NCBI GenBank assembly: GCA_964276515.1
Contig: OZ193909.1
Span: 10,664,001-10,728,000 of the forward strand
Origin: Gordius albopunctatus
Lineage: Eukaryota
Length of the DNA stretch: 64,000 nt
Reading direction: 5' to 3'
Part shown: piece after piece, positions 1 through 12,680 of the stretch
Layout: the number at the start of each line of letters is the position of its first letter
Numbering within the stretch: position 1 is the stretch's first letter
Position numbers and translations under genes: made by a program
The notes under the pieces: generated by a model
What the model was told of the DNA's origin: nothing
What the model saw: the letters and a program-made list of their open reading frames with translations, nothing else
The model's database searches: none

Positions 1-606
1 TTTTAAGCAATCTAAGAATTTAAAAAGCGAGGGAAATTTTAAATATAAGATTTTTTTAAACTTTTTAAAAAATAAAAATTTTTTAGTAATGCCATCGGAA
101 TTATTTACTTTTGGAGATTCCATTTAATCAAATATATTCAAAGCTAGAGCTAAGTAATTGTTATATAATATCTAATAATAATTTACTTTATTAAAACTAT
201 TGCAAGCTAATTAGCAATGTTGATATTATAAGTTTGTAATAAGTAGGAGAAGTGTAGCTAAAACTAATTAATTATAAAATAAAATTTTTTAATGAATTAC
301 CTTAAAGCTTAAAACAACGTCAATGAGATCTTGGAACAAATATTAAGCAATCTAAGAATTTGAAAAGCGAGCGAAATAATAAATAATGAAGTTAAAAACA
401 AACACTACCTTCTATCCATTCAATTAATTTACTTAATTAGCGAAAAATATAATATTAAATTTTCCCTCAAAATAATACTGTTTAAATAGCAAATTTTTGT
501 TAGAAAAAATAAAATTTTTATCATCAAGATAATCAATGCGTTTTTTTGTGTCAATACTATAATGATAGTATAGAGTTTAATATATTTAAATTTTTTCACT
601 TATCAA

Positions 607-692
607 AGCCCAAGCCCGGCCCGCACTTTTTTTAGTGCTCATTTTCAGGTCCGGCCCAGCCCGCGGGCCGGCCCGGCCCCTTCAGACCTCTA
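607..692. mobile_element. Probable right terminus of a non-autonomous DNA transposon (GC-rich CCCGG subterminal repeats ending ...cttcagacctcta)
   Basis: Cluster of gcccgg/ggcccg motifs in otherwise AT-rich DNA, ending in a TIR-like sequence; a similar motif cluster lies near 5880-5995. Partner end not identified. Confidence 0.4.
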
Positions 693-1049
693 ATTCTGAT
701 TGCCGGCTTATCCTGATTTGAACTGTTTAAAAATTGTTTATCAGTTGTTAGGAGAATATTTATTTTAAATAAATATATAATATTTGCATATATTTTAGCA
801 AAAGTTTACTAATTATATTTTTTAATATTCGACAAAATGCTTTTTGCCTATTTTCATATTTCAGATTTTGCTTGTTAAATTTTTATGAAATGAAATAGCT
901 TTTAAGATTTCAACATGATGGAAAATATTTAAATTTTCAAGACGAAATTATCTTTGTCTATTTAACTTGAAAATAAAGCTAAGATGGAGAAGTTGAGCAA
1001 TTGTACGACATTGTTTCTAATATTTTAGAAGATTTCTACCCTCATAATT

Positions 1050-1225
1050 AATGTTCTTCATAGATATATTATCGGGAATTGTCGAGGGTGTTAAAAAATC
1101 ATACTTATTATAATATTTGGTCCTCATAGAGGACATCATCAGATAAGTAAAATAAATTTATTATAATAATTATAATATTTTTTAACACCCTCGACAATGC
1201 CGATAATATGTCTATGAAGAACATT
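1050..1225. repeat. Short inverted-repeat (MITE-like) element
   Basis: aatgttcttcatagatatattatcgg..attgtcgagggtgttaaaaaa at 1050 pairs with tttttaacaccctcgacaat..ccgataatatgtctatgaagaacatt ending at 1225; arms ~50 bp. Confidence 0.75.
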
Positions 1226-2457
1226 GCTTCTAATCAATTCAATTTCCTAAAGCCATATCTTTTATAGCCCTACAAAATTGCTTTTTATGGCCCGAACCCG
1301 CCTCATGCGTTTTATATCTTTTTTAAGCAAATTTTAGAAAAATTTTGCATATAAAATTTATTTTACCGCTTAAGTGTATAATGAAATTGCTATTAATAGG
1401 TGGCTTAAACAATGAGAGTACTTAATTAAAAATCCAGTTTATCTTGCTACAATTTATAAATTGTCATAATAAAACTTAACTTTAAATGTATAAATTTTCT
1501 ATTCATTGATTAATAAATAATGTTTTCTTTATTTTAAAATCAGAATTTAGTTTGTGGTAAATGGCATCGTCATACACTGAGCCAAGTCGCCCATAACTGC
1601 CCCGACCCCTATTATCTTTTACATTTATATTAGAGTCAATGGAAATATAACGACATTGTTTTTATATTTAGCAACCAAGGAGCGCAGTTTTTAACGCTCA
1701 GGAGATTAATAACCTATTATACAAAATATTATGTCATTTACTGTTATCAAGTTGGATGGTAGGGGGGGGGAGGGAATTCCACATTTTGGGGGTTGGTGAA
1801 ATGAGTGGGAGAAAGGGAGTCAGACATTTTGAGGGGTTCAATGAAGTCCACTATAAAAAGCCAAATGTATGCAATGCACTATATCTTACACACTTAATGC
1901 ATAAGTGTACTAAATTTTCGCTCTGCGCACATTATGAATGCCGCGTTGAGCAGCATCGCAATTCTTTTGTCCATCTAAAGATATATGGGTAGGCCACGCA
2001 TCTAGAGCAATCACTAAAGTTGGGTTGGGTCTTGGTGTTAGTTCTATTTTATAAGCATGTTTATAAAATAAATAATCGGGCCTAATGAGATTGATACAAG
2101 TGGGCGTTTACCAAACTCCGGCTTTGCACCCGATCGTGGATGGCATTTTTTGCCAGATGTTATACAATAAACGTTAACAAATTGAAAGTCTATTGATTAT
2201 AAACTTGTCTTCTTCTTTACATCTCAAGATAAAGAAATTTAATCAAACCTAGAGTCATCAATTATCTTAAGTGTTCAACTTATTTAGTTTTAAGTTATGG
2301 CATCAAAAATGATTTGGTTTAAATAACTTGATAACACATTTCTGTTTGGCATCTGTCTTGTATTTTATTAATGTTGCGCGAGTCTTTATTCATGATAACT
2401 TTATTTAATTATAAACCCTCTTACTTATTAATTGTATATCATACCCTATATATATAG

Positions 2458-4340
2458 ATGATTACGCCGACAACGGTGCAAATTCAAAATTGAATGATGG
2501 CAATAACGAGTTCATAGAAAGACATTCCAAAGCACTCGAAGAGCAGTATTACAAGCGTGCAAGTACACATGGACCTGGATATTTTGTTTTCGCCGTTGAG
2601 CATAATAACTTTCCCGATTATTCTTTTACCGTCGATATCGTGGAAGATACAAACGATACCTTTACCAATAAAAGTCTAAATTCTGAAGACGAAAGTGCCA
2701 CTATTACAACAGTTGAAGAGAAAATAGAAAGTTTTGGCGCCTCAAATTATCCACATGAATTTGGATATAAGAATATGTTGATCACGGGTAGTAGCCCGAT
2801 TGTCATTGCTTCGGATAAGAAGAAAGATAATATACGTGACGATACTTTCGCTACAGCTGCTGTAGTGGGGCTGAGAATAAAATTAGAACGATTTCATGAA
2901 ATATTTTTCAATACCTCTACCATTAATGTATGTTATTAATTTTTAATTTCAATGTCTTAATATTAACGTTTGTAGTGTTTTAGTGAAGGGACTATGTGTT
3001 ATCTTTTGGACGAACATGCATATGTAGTATTGTCATCTACCAAAGATCCAAGACATATAGGAAAATTTTTTGGACAAATTGATGGTCGAACTATGCTAAC
3101 ATTATCCAATCATGTTTACAAAAAGTAAAAGTTTAATTACTGTTTTAACCTTTTAGAATTCAACTTTATGATTTTCAAGCTATGTGCGAAACGCAAGTTT
3201 CTATACGAAGTTTTTCATCCGAAAAATTCAATCTATTTATTACGGCATTTATAAAATCAATCGTGGAATATATGCGAATCGCAATTTCTTACTTTTATAG
3301 TTTATTTAATCATTATTTAAAAAATCACAACATTTTTCAATCATGGAACCAAATTTCAGTATTGTCCCCGATCTCAAGCAGATCTCTTATTGCCTTTAAC
3401 AAGCTTGTTAGGCAATTTATATTCGGATATCTGCTATACCCTAGCTCATTAATCTCGTCATTGCCAATTTCCCCAGATAATTCGAATAATATAGCCCAAT
3501 CTACAACATATGAATCCACTTTAGAAGAAGATGATGAAGAAGATGACAGGAATATAAAGGTGTTTAAGCCTCCTCATCATTGCGAAAAAAAGTTTAATTT
3601 GTTCTTAGTTAACCGAGAATTGCTTGCCAGCGAGGTAATAAATTTTGATTTTTTATCGTTTATGCAATCGATTTATTAGGCAAAATACATTTATTAATTT
3701 TTATTCATGCCAGGGCCCCGTATCTCTTATCTCTAACTGCGCCGGTGCAGCTATTTATACATCGTCTGCCAAAAATTACGATAAAATGAAGTTTTGTGGC
3801 AAACCTTTCACCGTGAGCCTAGTGCCTCACACTAATCTAGTGTTAGTTGTAGTGCGAAAAGCTCAATCCGGATTTTTTGGTGATTCAAATTTAGGCAAGG
3901 AATCAAAAAAGAATATTGAATCGCATCAGGGTGGTCAGGGCACGGAGTACTCTATGTACCGAGATATATGTGCTCAATGTGACGACCTTAAATATAATTA
4001 TCAACCTAGGGCCGTGTCCTTAATTCACGAAGAAGTTCGTAATATTGATGACGAAACAGACACTGACGATTCATCCTTTTCAAATAAAGATGTCAAGAAA
4101 AAGAATAAAGAAGTTGATCTTGAATCTCAGCTCGAGTCAGAAGGTAAAAAAAGAAAGAGGAAAAAGTATAGGTGCTATGGCGTAAAAACTCATGTATACC
4201 GTCGAAGACCAACTACTTGTTATTCTCACAATCAGCTTGAAAATACAGATATATGTGGATCCGCTGTGACCTTGTATAATACCAAAGTCAAATATTTTGT
4301 ATTCTCATTATTCGTTGTTATGTGGTGTATGTATCATTAA
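2458..4340 (+). CDS. CACNA2D: Voltage-gated calcium channel auxiliary subunit alpha2/delta, 3' exons (2458-2927, 2976-3124, 3157-3634, 3714-4340); 5' exons not resolved
   Basis: Spliced translation gives EEQYYKRA..AAVVGLRIKLE..CYLLDEHAYVVLS..IGKFFGQIDG..VYKKIQLYDFQAMC..VPHTNLVLVVV..YRRRPTTCY..ENTDICG and a hydrophobic C-terminus, all typical of alpha2delta. GT-AG introns of 48, 32 and 79 nt keep the frame. Confidence 0.88.
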
Positions 4341-6128
4341 CTGTCGATCACGTTTATTGTAAATGCTTATTTGCAATTATTTGTTGTAATCATCATAATC
4401 ATAATATACACAAAGTGCAATTTTTATTATATATTGCCTATAATTTATAAGAAAATTAAAAATAAAATTATATCAACCTGCACCTTCTTTCTCATTGCGT
4501 GAGCGAAAAGATTTTGTCATGCAAAATTTTCACCAAAAGTAAATAAAACATATGTTTTATATAGATTGAATAATGGTTAAGGCTAATTAATCGTTTGTTT
4601 ATACGTTATCATGATGGTGGCCAAGGGAATGCATGGAGGGACAGCTGTTCCACTTTCCTAATCCATTTTTTTTTAAATTTAACTATTATTTTTACTTTAA
4701 AAAAACCTTTTAAATCATTGTCAAATCCTTTGCCTCTCCTTACCACTAATTATAATTTTGCCTTAAGTGTGGGTTATATTAAAAAAGACAATTTTTTCCT
4801 TAGAAAACATTTCTAATATATAAATAACTTTAAATCGAATTAAAAGAAATTTCTTATGATTTTGTAAAGTTAACAAACATTTACCAAAACAAATATAAAC
4901 AATATTAATATTAAGCTAACTTAACACTAGCCATTTATTTTTATCTAATTAATAATAATCACTTTGTAAATAATATATTTTCGATCAATCACATATTTAC
5001 TCTAATTACACTTTTAATTTTTGAGATTATCAGTTTTAAAAATAATTTAAAAGTTAATATTAATCCCTATGGACCAACATCGCAAATCGCCGACGCCTTG
5101 TTACAAGCATTAGAAAATTTTAATGGATTGTCACATTTTAACGTGTATAATTACAATTTTTGTCTACTATCATGCTCCTGCGGCTTAAAGCCTACTCCAG
5201 TAAAAATATGCTGCGTGAAGGTTTTGAACCTTCTTATTTGTATCTTTGAATCTCCAGCCGCGTAAAATTGATCATAGTATCCTCAAGTCCATCTTTAGAA
5301 GATACAAAATGTAAAAACTTATAGCATATTACATTATAACTCTGAATTGAGATCCATTGTCCAACGTTTGTCGTGGCGATGCAGACGATTATTTTCGCCC
5401 GCGGCAAAAAGCGAACGAAAATAAGATACAAATCATTTTGTACTTTTCGCGCAATAGTTAAAAATTGAATTTGATATGTATGTATTTTTTATATAATTGT
5501 ATGTTTATAGAATAATTACGATCTTATCAATGAATACCATTTATATATGATAAATTTTACGGTGAATATAAAGATATTAATAAAAAATAAAAAGTTTGAT
5601 AAAAAAAAATCAATTCACTTTTTTCGCTTTCGCGCGTCATCTTTACTCATTTTGTTTTTCAATCATAACTATATGACTTCTTCCTGAAATATAAAATGTC
5701 CATATTTAACTAAACCCAGAGCGGTATTTTAGGTTGTATACTTCTATTATTGAATCCATATTAGACGCATCTCTATGAAATTACAAGTCATACACCCCTT
5801 CGTAACGCTTATCATTGTCTTCCGCAATACTAAGCCACCTTTATTATTTTGCCAAAATTGAGTTGGATTAAATAATGGCTCGGGCTTTGTTTTTATGGAT
5901 GCTAAAATTCGGGCCCAAGCCGGGTCTGATTTTTTTCCATTTTAAATTTAGGGCTCGGGCCGGACCTTAAAAAATTGATTTTGCAGGTCTCGCTACCACC
6001 ACTATCAACTTTCCCATCCCCTTTTATTAAAAACGAACAAAAACCGATGAAATTTATCTCTCCTTTGATGTCCCTTCCACCTAACAGATTCCCATCTTTC
6101 TTAACTTTCAGTAAAACTAACCTAAAAT

Positions 6129-6760
6129 TAGAGATGCACCGATACCAAGTATCGGCATGGTATCGGCGCCGATACCTTGCCAAAAGAATCGGCCCGATAC
6201 TTTGCTAGTATCGGCAATTACCAAGCCGATACCTTTTTCAATATGAAACTCAAAAAATAATATTTATAGTATCTCCTACCATTAAAAAATAGAGGACTTT
6301 TTAAATTTTTTGAAAATTGTTTCATTTGATTGGCTATAAATATTTCTATGTGGAGTATAATAAACTCATTGACCATCTGTTCCGAATAACTGCGCTTTTA
6401 AGTATATATTGTTTTATTTTAAAAATTATTATATATTAAGCCTTAGATGGATTCTTTAGATACACTATGGAGTTATTTTGTTGTGTCAGCAGATGAAAAA
6501 TTTGTAATCTGTGAATTATGCAAAGCTAAAATAAGTCGTGGGGGCAAAAACAAATTATAATTACAATTGTTTTATCGTCAAAATTCTGATCTACCAAAAT
6601 TTGGATGTGACTTAATTTATAATATTTAATTTGCATATATTTTTTAGTATAAAAATTTTTTTTATTATAAGTATCGGCATGGTATCGGTATCGGCAAAAA
6701 AATCTTAAGTATCGGCTGGTATCGGTATCGGCATAAAATAGTGGTATCGGTGCATCTCTA
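6129..6760 (+). mobile_element. Non-autonomous hAT element (internal deletion derivative) retaining a BED zinc-finger fragment
   Basis: TIRs tagagatgcaccgatac / gtatcggtgcatctcta; 8-bp TSD cctaaaat / cctaaatt; gtatcgg subterminal repeats; 6447-6560 translates MDSLDTLWSYFVVSADEKFVICELCKAKISRGGKNKL*. Confidence 0.85.
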
Positions 6761-7489
6761 CCTAAATTTACCCTCGTTATTTTCCACTTTCCTTTATAGC
6801 AAGTTTGCAAAACAACATAAGCCACATGCACATACCTCCTTTAAATCCTTCCCCTCTCCCATAATATCTTTGCCTTGCAATAAAAATTCCTGTAAATTAG
6901 TAAACGCAAATTATTTTGTATCCCCGTCGCTTTTTTACCCTGGTAAGCGAAAACAATAACATTTAAATTATATCCCTCCTTAATGCCCCTACCAACCTCG
7001 GCAACAAATTTTTTATTAAATTACAAACCCTCATTACCATTCTCTCCTTTAGAATTTATGGCTACCTAGGCAATTTGAATAAAGCAACTCACATCGGTTA
7101 CCTAGGAAAAAAACTTAACCTTTATTATTCAAGTATTCATACACCTTAATCATAAAAATGAATACATTCAAGTATTTGAATGTCTGACATTTCAACGTTA
7201 TTATTCACACAAATAACCTCGCCAGATGTGTATATAAACGCGATTTTTGAAAAGTATTTATTCATTTTGTTTTGCTTTCTATTATTTGGAAATAAAATAG
7301 TTGTTTGTTCTCCTACATTTCTTTGTTTAATAAATACTATATTTATTTTACTATATAGGACTAAAGCAGCAACAAATAAGGAAAAAATAGTGATATAGTA
7401 ATGCCATCTGCTGCACTATCACGTGTGCCAGCCAGCGAAGAAAAGTGTAAATCCTTCGCTGAAACTGGTACAAAAAAATGTAGATGTAC

Positions 7490-10400
7490 TTGAAGACATC
7501 AATGAGTATGATAGAATAAGCTTTGCGGGAATAAGGGGAGGGATGCATTAAATAAAATTCCGTTTTCTTTAGGTGGATAATAAGAAGGTGGAATTTTTGG
7601 TGGACACAGGTGTGTAAACTTAAATTTTTTGGCCCAAGAGGAAATGGAAGAAACCAAATATTAAAATAAAACAAATGGATGTAGCAGACCAAGGGAAATG
7701 GGTAAAACGACGGAGCAGGTGGAAACCCCTTAAGGATGCCATTTATGGCTTGGACTCTAAAGTCTACCTCTCGCGGAGCTGAAATAGATAGACTATCGGT
7801 AAAATTGGAGTCGGCGGATCAATCGATATCTTCTACCAACACTCGTAATCTTATGAGTGGTCGCGATTCAGTTAGATCCATGAATAGTTAGTCAGGAAGT
7901 CTAAAACTGACGATGGAAAGGTTCAAGTCTATCTTTATAGACAATCTGGGATGCCTAAGGGCATACGAGTAATTTTATTGAAGCCAAACGCTGTACCAAG
8001 GTTTTGGCCAGCACGGAGAATACCATTTGTTTGGAGGGAGAAAGTAGAAGCCATCTTGCTAAAATGGGTAGAACAAGGGATAATCGAGCCGGTGAAATAT
8101 AGCGAATGGGCTACGCCGTTGGTACCCGTCAAAAAAAGCCAGATGAAAGCTTAAGGTTATACGCCGATTACAGGGTTTCCCTTAACCCGTGGGTAGTAGA
8201 AATAAAGTCTTCGCTTACCTTAGAGGTGCAAAATATTTTATTAAGTTAGACTGTGCTAACGCTTATCTCCAAATCAAGTTAAATAATCGCTCATCGTAGT
8301 TGACCACGATAAACACGTCCTTAGGCTTGTTCGCTTTTAAAAGACTGGTCTCAGCCTAAATGCACGCGTGTTTCAGAAGACCATGGCGTTGGTATTTCAA
8401 GGTCTTTCTGGTGTGCTTTACTACTTAGACGACGTTCTTGTAGTGAGAGCTACAATAGAGGAACACGATAATAACTTGTTGGTAGTGTTGGAACGAATCC
8501 AAGAACGAGGATTACGTTTTAAGCGTAGCAAATGCGCTAGGTGGGCGAGAACTAAAATATTTGGAACATCAATTGGGTAATATAGTCGTTCGTTCCTTAC
8601 ATGCAATTCGTAAAATGCGATCACCTAAAAATAATAAAGAGGCGTTATCCTTTCCTGGGTCGGTGAATTACTACAACAAGTTTATGCATAACATAGCGGA
8701 GATAGCGGCACCTTTATACTTGTTGATAACGAATAAAGTAAGATTTGTTTGGCGGACCAAGGAGCAGGAAGCGTTCGAAGCGTTAAAGAAGATTTCGAAT
8801 AGATCCTGTTCTGACCTGCTTTGTTGCCGATCTACCATTAGCAGTAGCTGTGGATGCGTCACAGCTAGGTGTAGGCGGTCTGCTAATGCATGTAATCGGT
8901 CATGAGGAATGCCCAATTCTATATTTTTTACGAACATTTTCAAAATCAGAGCTTAATTACTCAGTGATTGAAAAGGAGGCTTTGGTGGTGATAGTGAGTT
9001 TGACCCGTTGCCTTGAATATTTAATTGGTTGAAGTTTCAATATTTTTACCGACAACAAACCGCTTGTATCACTTTTTGCAAAGGACAACAGGGATCTATT
9101 ATTAAGTCCGAGGCTTCAAAAATGGTTATTAGCGCTGGTAAACTTCAACTCAACTTTAAAACATCGCAAAGGTAAGTCAAATCACTTGCCAGATACATTA
9201 TCAAGATTGGGAAACGATAATGATGACCTAACTTACGAAGAACTAGAAAGCGAAAACTGCGCAAAAGTAATCATAATAACACAAAATTGTGACGATGTCG
9301 ATCTTGCAAAATTAGTCCAAGAGGATCCAGACTTAATTTTGGTGCTAAATTACTTGATGGGAAATAGTACGCTAGAGACGTTACCATCTACTTATCGAAG
9401 GTTGACACATGAATTGGAGCTCAACAACAACGTGTTACTATGCAACGAAAATATAGTAATTCCGTCAGTGTTGCGACCTCGTGTACTCGAATTACTTCAT
9501 GCAGGTCATACGGGCGTAGCCAAGATGAAAGGTCTGGCGAAGAGACACGTCTGGTGGCCCAAGATATCACGAGATATTACCGTGTTCGTAGGACAATGCG
9601 GGCAATGTGGAAAACTTGCCAGGACGCCAAGACACGACAAGAAGGCGAGATGGCCGCCAACAAAACAAGTTTGGTAAAGAATACACCTTGATTTCTTTGA
9701 TTTTGAAGGAAATATAATATATATTATCCTCGTAGATTAGATGCGCACTCCAGTTGGGTAGAATATAAACAAGTGAGCAGGTTATCTGCGGAGGTAGTAA
9801 TCGATTTCTTAAAAAATATTGGTGCTTATGGTCTCCCGAAGACGATTTTATCCGACAACGGCACCGCTTTTGCCAGCGTCGAGTTTAAAGAATTTTTTAG
9901 TAAATAGAGAATAGGGCGTTACTTATCCCTCCGTATTATCCGAGTACAATGGACTCGCAGAAAGGATAGTGGCTATGGTAAAACGATGGTTGAAGAACGC
10001 TAAGGTCGAAAAGGACGGGACATGGCTTTATCGACTACACAATAACGTCGCAACAAGGTTCCCTTCTCGACAACCGGTTAGCGAGATATTTCTGGGTCGT
10101 TTACAACACACGCATGGATGTTACAATCTGCGCGATTAGACACCACATCACATAGCGAAACTAAATATAAAATCGGTGATGCTGTATGAGCGCTTAATTA
10201 TATTGGGAAGGAAAAATGGCTAAAAGCAACGATCCTATCTCAGAAGGGTACAAGAATGTACGAGATAGAAGTACTAGCTTCTCCGGGTTGGCAAGTGCGT
10301 CACATGGAACAATTACGCTCTAGATTTATATAACAATCCTTTTGTGTTTTATATATATGGAATACGTAACCGAGTGGGTAATCGAGGAAGTACGCTTGAG

Positions 10401-10995
10401 AGTAATCGGACGCGAAAGAAGGGGTAGGCCAAGGCCGATCACGTTCGAGAGCCGTGAAAGAAGGCCGATGGAACCCTACTTGAGAGTTCGCCACGAACAT
10501 ACCCTCTCAAATGAAAGGGCGCGGATATACAGGGAACGTGTCGGTATACACCTAGACCTATTACGGATAGACATAGCAACGCGGTATCAAGACACCGTGG
10601 CCTGCACCGAGAGGTAGCCCTGCGCGCAGCCCAAACAACGACGACGCAACGCCCCCAGAATCGCCCAAGATGTCCCAAGGTAATAAAAGAAGAGAGAGCG
10701 AGTACGTCACCCCGTCCGCAAGTTAGAATGAGGCAGACCGGAGCCTTCTGCCGAGAATGTAGCCGTTGTCACCAAATGCCAATGTGTTGGCGAACGATCC
10801 CGTTCATGCCAGCAAGGCTAGACAGGACGCTAGCGCCGATAGAATCGATAGCGCTGGTGGAGTCGGTTGTGGTGGAGATGGTTACGGTGGGCACTACTCA
10901 GGTCGTGGTCAGCCCTGAGGAAGAAATGCACTTATTGGAGAAAACTCCAGGGCAGGAGCTCACGGATCTGGTGGTTCCTCAATTTGAAAGGATGA
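7490..10995 (+). mobile_element. Degenerate Ty3/Gypsy LTR retrotransposon, copy A (protease-RT-RNase H-integrase plus 3' extra ORF); many stops and frameshifts, no LTR seen
   Basis: LVDTG protease motif (~7600), SEWATPLVPVKK, YYLDD, DAS..VIEKEAL, LHAGHTG..WWPKI..CGQC, SDNGT; collinear with copy B at 16300-20150. Confidence 0.92.
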
Positions 10996-11066
10996 GTAAC
11001 CAACAGAACTCCATGCGCTACTTACTATTATTTGATGGTGTAAATGTACCTTTACGTATTTTGTAA
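10357..11066 (+). pseudogene. Disrupted extra ORF downstream of integrase in Gypsy copy A (Arg-rich, C-x2-C-x3-H-x4-C motif)
   Basis: MEYVTEWVIEEVRLR..RRGRPRP..ERRPMEPY..; FCRECSRCHQMPMC..QVVVSPEEE..DLVVPQFERM; homologous to 19453-20153. Confidence 0.65.
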
Positions 11067-11294
11067 CCAATTTTTAGTTACACTTATATATACAATAAAA
11101 TCATTTGTTATATTTTGATTATCCTCCAAAAAATCTCTAATTCTTCGTAAGGTTCCCTTATCCTTAACCCTTTTAGATATCCCTAATCTCTATTCTCCCC
11201 TACTAAATAAACACTCCCCATATCCATGCCTTCCTTTCAACAGCTTTTACAGTAGTAAATATAACTAAAGCATTTCTTGATTACGTTATATCTT

Positions 11295-11611
11295 ATCCTG
11301 CACGATGTGGTAATATCAAATTGGTGGTTAATTAATTTAAATAATTATCCAAGTTAAGCTAAGGTGGTTCGAGATATTTTGAAACCCTTAGCCCCGTCCG
11401 AGCCAAACGACTATTTCCAAACGTTTATTTGACTATTCTAGATTGAATCATTAATTTTCTAGAAGTTATTATGCTTTAACTCATAGTATACCTCATAAAT
11501 TAAAAGACATCATGTCATTACATTGTTTTGTAAACTAGTGTTGGCGGTTGCATTCGAATTTACTATTTCTATAAATGTGGCAATTGTGTGTTAGGAAATA
11601 ACTATTTAATG
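11295..11611 (+). repeat. Dispersed repeat, diverged second copy at ~53715-54086
   Basis: Shared blocks such as atcctgca.gatg, caagttaagctaaggtggttcgagat, ttttctagaagtt.ttatgctt.aact.atagta and ataactatt.aatg. Confidence 0.7.
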
Positions 11612-12680
11612 ACAAAGTTGGCCTCTGGGAATATAAAATATAACCTTAAAATATATCATGATAGTTACCTTTTAGTTATAAGAAATTTTTTCTATTCCAA
11701 CAATAATTCTACTTTAATTGTTGCTTTTACAACGTTCTAATAAGTGTAACTAGTTATTAATTTTATAAATAATATTATTTTTATTAACACTTTGTGGTAT
11801 AAAACGTAAAAACTTGCAATAAACTTTATAGGCTATAATTAATGATGGTAATAACAATGAACTAAAACGTTTGCCTTAAACTATTAAACAAAAAGTCCAT
11901 TTTAAGCTTTAGGCAGTGTTAATAGAGGTTCTCAATTAGCCCGAATTTGAAACCAAGTCAAATATAGGTAAACTTATAAATTTCTTAGTTTACATTTAAC
12001 AGACATATAATTTGATGCAAATGTTATAATCTGCTAAAATTAAAAAATTTAATTATCTATACTTCAAGTTTAATTAATTTTTTTTTGAATTTTCACTTTC
12101 TATAGTTGTAAATACACTGTCGCATTAAATCTTTATCAAGTTTGTATATGATAGTTTTTCAAAAAATAAAATAGTTTGATTTTGGATTTTATCAGGAGAA
12201 ATTTTTAATAACAATTTATAAAAAGTTAAGACAAGTCGAGACGAGACCGAAATTTTTTCAGACCGAGATGAATTTATCATAATTGCACCCGCGACGAGAT
12301 TTTGCTTTTGAGACCGAGGGGAGATCGAGACACTACCTGCAAAACAATTACTGGTGTTTAAAATAATTAATTTCTTCCTTAAAAAACAAATATAGGCATA
12401 TCTAAAAAATAATATACTCTTATTTCACCCCTATACTACAAAACATTATCCCCAGGTCAACCTAACCCCAACCCCGGGTTAAGGTTTAGGTGTATAAAAG
12501 ACTTTAAGGTCATTTTTGGGGTTCCACCCCAGGTTTGGGTTGGGGAAGCTAAAAGACCTTGAAGGTCTTTTTCCAACCTTAACCCAAAACCCACCTCGGG
12601 TTCGACCTCGGGAAAACCCAACCTAGGTTTTGATCATCACTAGGTATAAGTGTCACCAATTAGCGTTTTGTTGTAACCCT

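Noticed and set aside
3..372. Short direct repeat ttaagcaatctaagaattt.aaaagcga at 3 and 343
   Set aside because: About 28 bp at the window edge, probably internal to a truncated repeat; nothing further supportable.
1756..2160. Possible further alpha2/delta exons or a 78-aa ORF
   Set aside because: Could not find family motifs or a consistent splice path by eye.
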